Part shown: piece by piece, positions 62,757 through 64,000 of the stretch
Layout: the number at the start of each line of letters is the position of its first letter
Position numbering within the stretch: position 1 is the stretch's first letter
Assembly (NCBI GenBank): GCA_965116515.1
Contig: OZ220705.1
Coordinates: 4,381,113-4,445,112, forward strand
Length of the DNA stretch: 64,000 nucleotides
Source of the DNA: Alphaproteobacteria bacterium
GTDB lineage: Bacteria > Pseudomonadota > Alphaproteobacteria > SP197
Direction of reading: 5' to 3'
Notes under the pieces: generated by a model
The model's database searches: none
What the model was told of the DNA's origin: nothing
Seen by the model: only the letters and a program-made list of their open reading frames with translations
Translations under genes and position numbers: made by a program

Positions 62757-63710
62757 ATGTTCAAGTTGATACTGCGCCGGTTGGCACTAGGCGTGTTGAC
62801 GCTCGTCATGGTCACAATCATCGTCTTTGTCGGCGTGGAAGCACTGCCCGGCGATGCCTGTACCGCCTATCTGGGACGTGACACAGCCCTGGAGACCAAG
62901 CTCGCCAAGTGCCGCGACGACTTCGGACTCAACCAGCCGGCCCACGAGCGGTTCTTTGTCTGGGCGGGCGGCGCCCTCCAGGGTGATCTGGGTATTTCGA
63001 CCCGGCGTAACAAACCGATTTCCGATCTGGTGCAAATCCGTCTGCGCAACACCCTTCTTCTTGGTGCGGCAGCCTCTGCGGTCGGGATCCCGATTGCGAT
63101 TCTGCTCGGTGTCATCGCCGCGCTGACACGCGACCGCGCGGCGGACCTCTGGATATCCACGAGCGCGATCTTTGCCATGACCCTGCCGGAGTTCATCAGC
63201 GCGACACTGTTGATTCTCTTCTTCAGCGTGTGGCTGGGCTGGTTGCCGGGAATTGTCATCACCAGGCCCGATGCCCCTGTCTTCGAGTTTCTCCAGGACA
63301 TCATCCTGCCGATCATTGCGCTCGCCTTCGTCATGACAGCGCACATCCTGCGCATGGTGAGAACCTGCGTGATCGACGTCATGGCAAGCGATTACGTGCA
63401 GATGGCAATCCTCAAGGGTGTCCCTTACTGGCAGGTGGTGTTCAGGCACGTGCTGCCCAATGCACTCCTTCCCACCATCAACCTGGTGGCGCTGACACTC
63501 GCATGGTTGCTTGGCGGTACCGTGGTCATCGAAGTCGTCTTCAACTATCCGGGATTGGGGCGATTGATGCTCGATTCGGTGTCTGACCGAGACTTGGCAC
63601 TGGTCCAGGCGATCGCACTGATCCTCGCGGTGCTCTACGTCGGGCTGAACCTGGTCGCCGACCTGCTGTCCCTGGTCGCCAATCCCAGACTCAGGACCAT
63701 GAAGGTCTGA
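62757..63710 (+). CDS. ABC transporter permease, DppB/OppB-like
   Basis: MFKLILRRLALGVLTLVMVTIIVF... is a typical N-terminus, plus a permease loop. GGAGG lies before ATG 62757. Confidence 0.85.
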   Translation: MFKLILRRLALGVLTLVMVTIIVFVGVEALPGDACTAYLGRDTALETKLAKCRDDFGLNQPAHERFFVWAGGALQGDLGISTRRNKPISDLVQIRLRNTLLLGAAASAVGIPIAILLGVIAALTRDRAADLWISTSAIFAMTLPEFISATLLILFFSVWLGWLPGIVITRPDAPVFEFLQDIILPIIALAFVMTAHILRMVRTCVIDVMASDYVQMAILKGVPYWQVVFRHVLPNALLPTINLVALTLAWLLGGTVVIEVVFNYPGLGRLMLDSVSDRDLALVQAIALILAVLYVGLNLVADLLSLVANPRLRTMKV

Positions 63711-63714
63711 CACC

Positions 63715-64000
63715 ATGGCGGTGGCGAATCCAGCGAACGAGGCTCCCGGCAACAGGGCTTTCCGGGTCGGCGCGGTAATCCGCGAGATGGCCAGACGTCC
63801 CTCCGGTCTGGTGGGCCTCGCAATCGTCGGCGGCCATGTCCTCCTTGCCGTCATCTCGCCGTGGATCGTGCCTTATGACTATACAACCCAGGATTCACGC
63901 TTGGTTCTCGCTAGCCCGAGCCCGGAGCATTGGCTCGGCGGCGATCATCTCGGCCGCGACGTCCTTACCCGCACCATGCTGGGCGGGCGGCAAGCGTTGG
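63715..64000 (+). CDS. ABC transporter permease, DppC/OppC-like (5' part, runs off window end)
   Basis: ATG 63715 gives MAVANPANEAPGNRAFRVGAVIREMARRPSGLVGLAIVGGHVLLAVISPWIVPYDY...HWLGGDHLGRDVLTR, the typical DppC N-terminal region. Open at the window edge. Confidence 0.7.
   Translation, partial: MAVANPANEAPGNRAFRVGAVIREMARRPSGLVGLAIVGGHVLLAVISPWIVPYDYTTQDSRLVLASPSPEHWLGGDHLGRDVLTRTMLGGRQAL

Noticed and set aside
1-64000. Scan for tRNA/rRNA genes, CRISPR arrays, long tandem repeats, integrases or phage/defence-type gene sets
   Set aside because: None was recognised by eye. The only repeats are the two paralog/duplication pairs described above and short hairpins. A tRNAscan/CRISPR-finder run would be needed to be definitive.

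Overview
GC-rich, gene-dense chromosomal segment with strong GC3 bias and an alphaproteobacterial character: ATGA/GTGA-coupled operons, a heavy ABC/TRAP transporter load, DUF2125 and an RND pump. I support about 55 protein-coding genes. I saw no rRNA, tRNA or CRISPR array. Housekeeping anchors are uvrB, an SDR-folB pair and metZ. Most of the rest is uptake and catabolism of nitrogenous osmolytes and amines. (1) A GntR-flanked glnT/gmaS-like plus glxBCD/mgsABC-like gamma-glutamyl module, with a single FAD oxidoreductase and an unknown 133-aa tail gene. (2) A non-pyrrolysine MttB-family methyltransferase with a stand-alone homocysteine S-methyltransferase and a proline-racemase-family enzyme, divergent from a ProXVW betaine importer. 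(3) An enolase-superfamily gene, two Rieske oxygenases and a DapA-like/ALDH/FAD-oxidase/2xSDR operon. (4) A PotABCD-like importer plus an M24 hydrolase. (5) A TRAP system whose small permease is fused to a TM2 domain. (6) Two cytoplasmic BNR sialidase-fold paralogs. The most unusual module is a DUF4212+SSS symporter divergently paired with a three-gene operon: unknown 233 aa, a membrane/PAS-like DEDDh exonuclease, and a CBS-DUF294 nucleotidyltransferase. Positions 36.9-44.0 kb and 49.1-49.8 kb carry decay and rearrangement scars: an orphan vapB with a truncated vapC, a frameshifted hyuA fragment, a duplicated 5' fragment of the enolase gene joined to an EamA tail, and an IS5-like transposase remnant. 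All functional calls come from motif recognition by eye; no database search or folding could be run.
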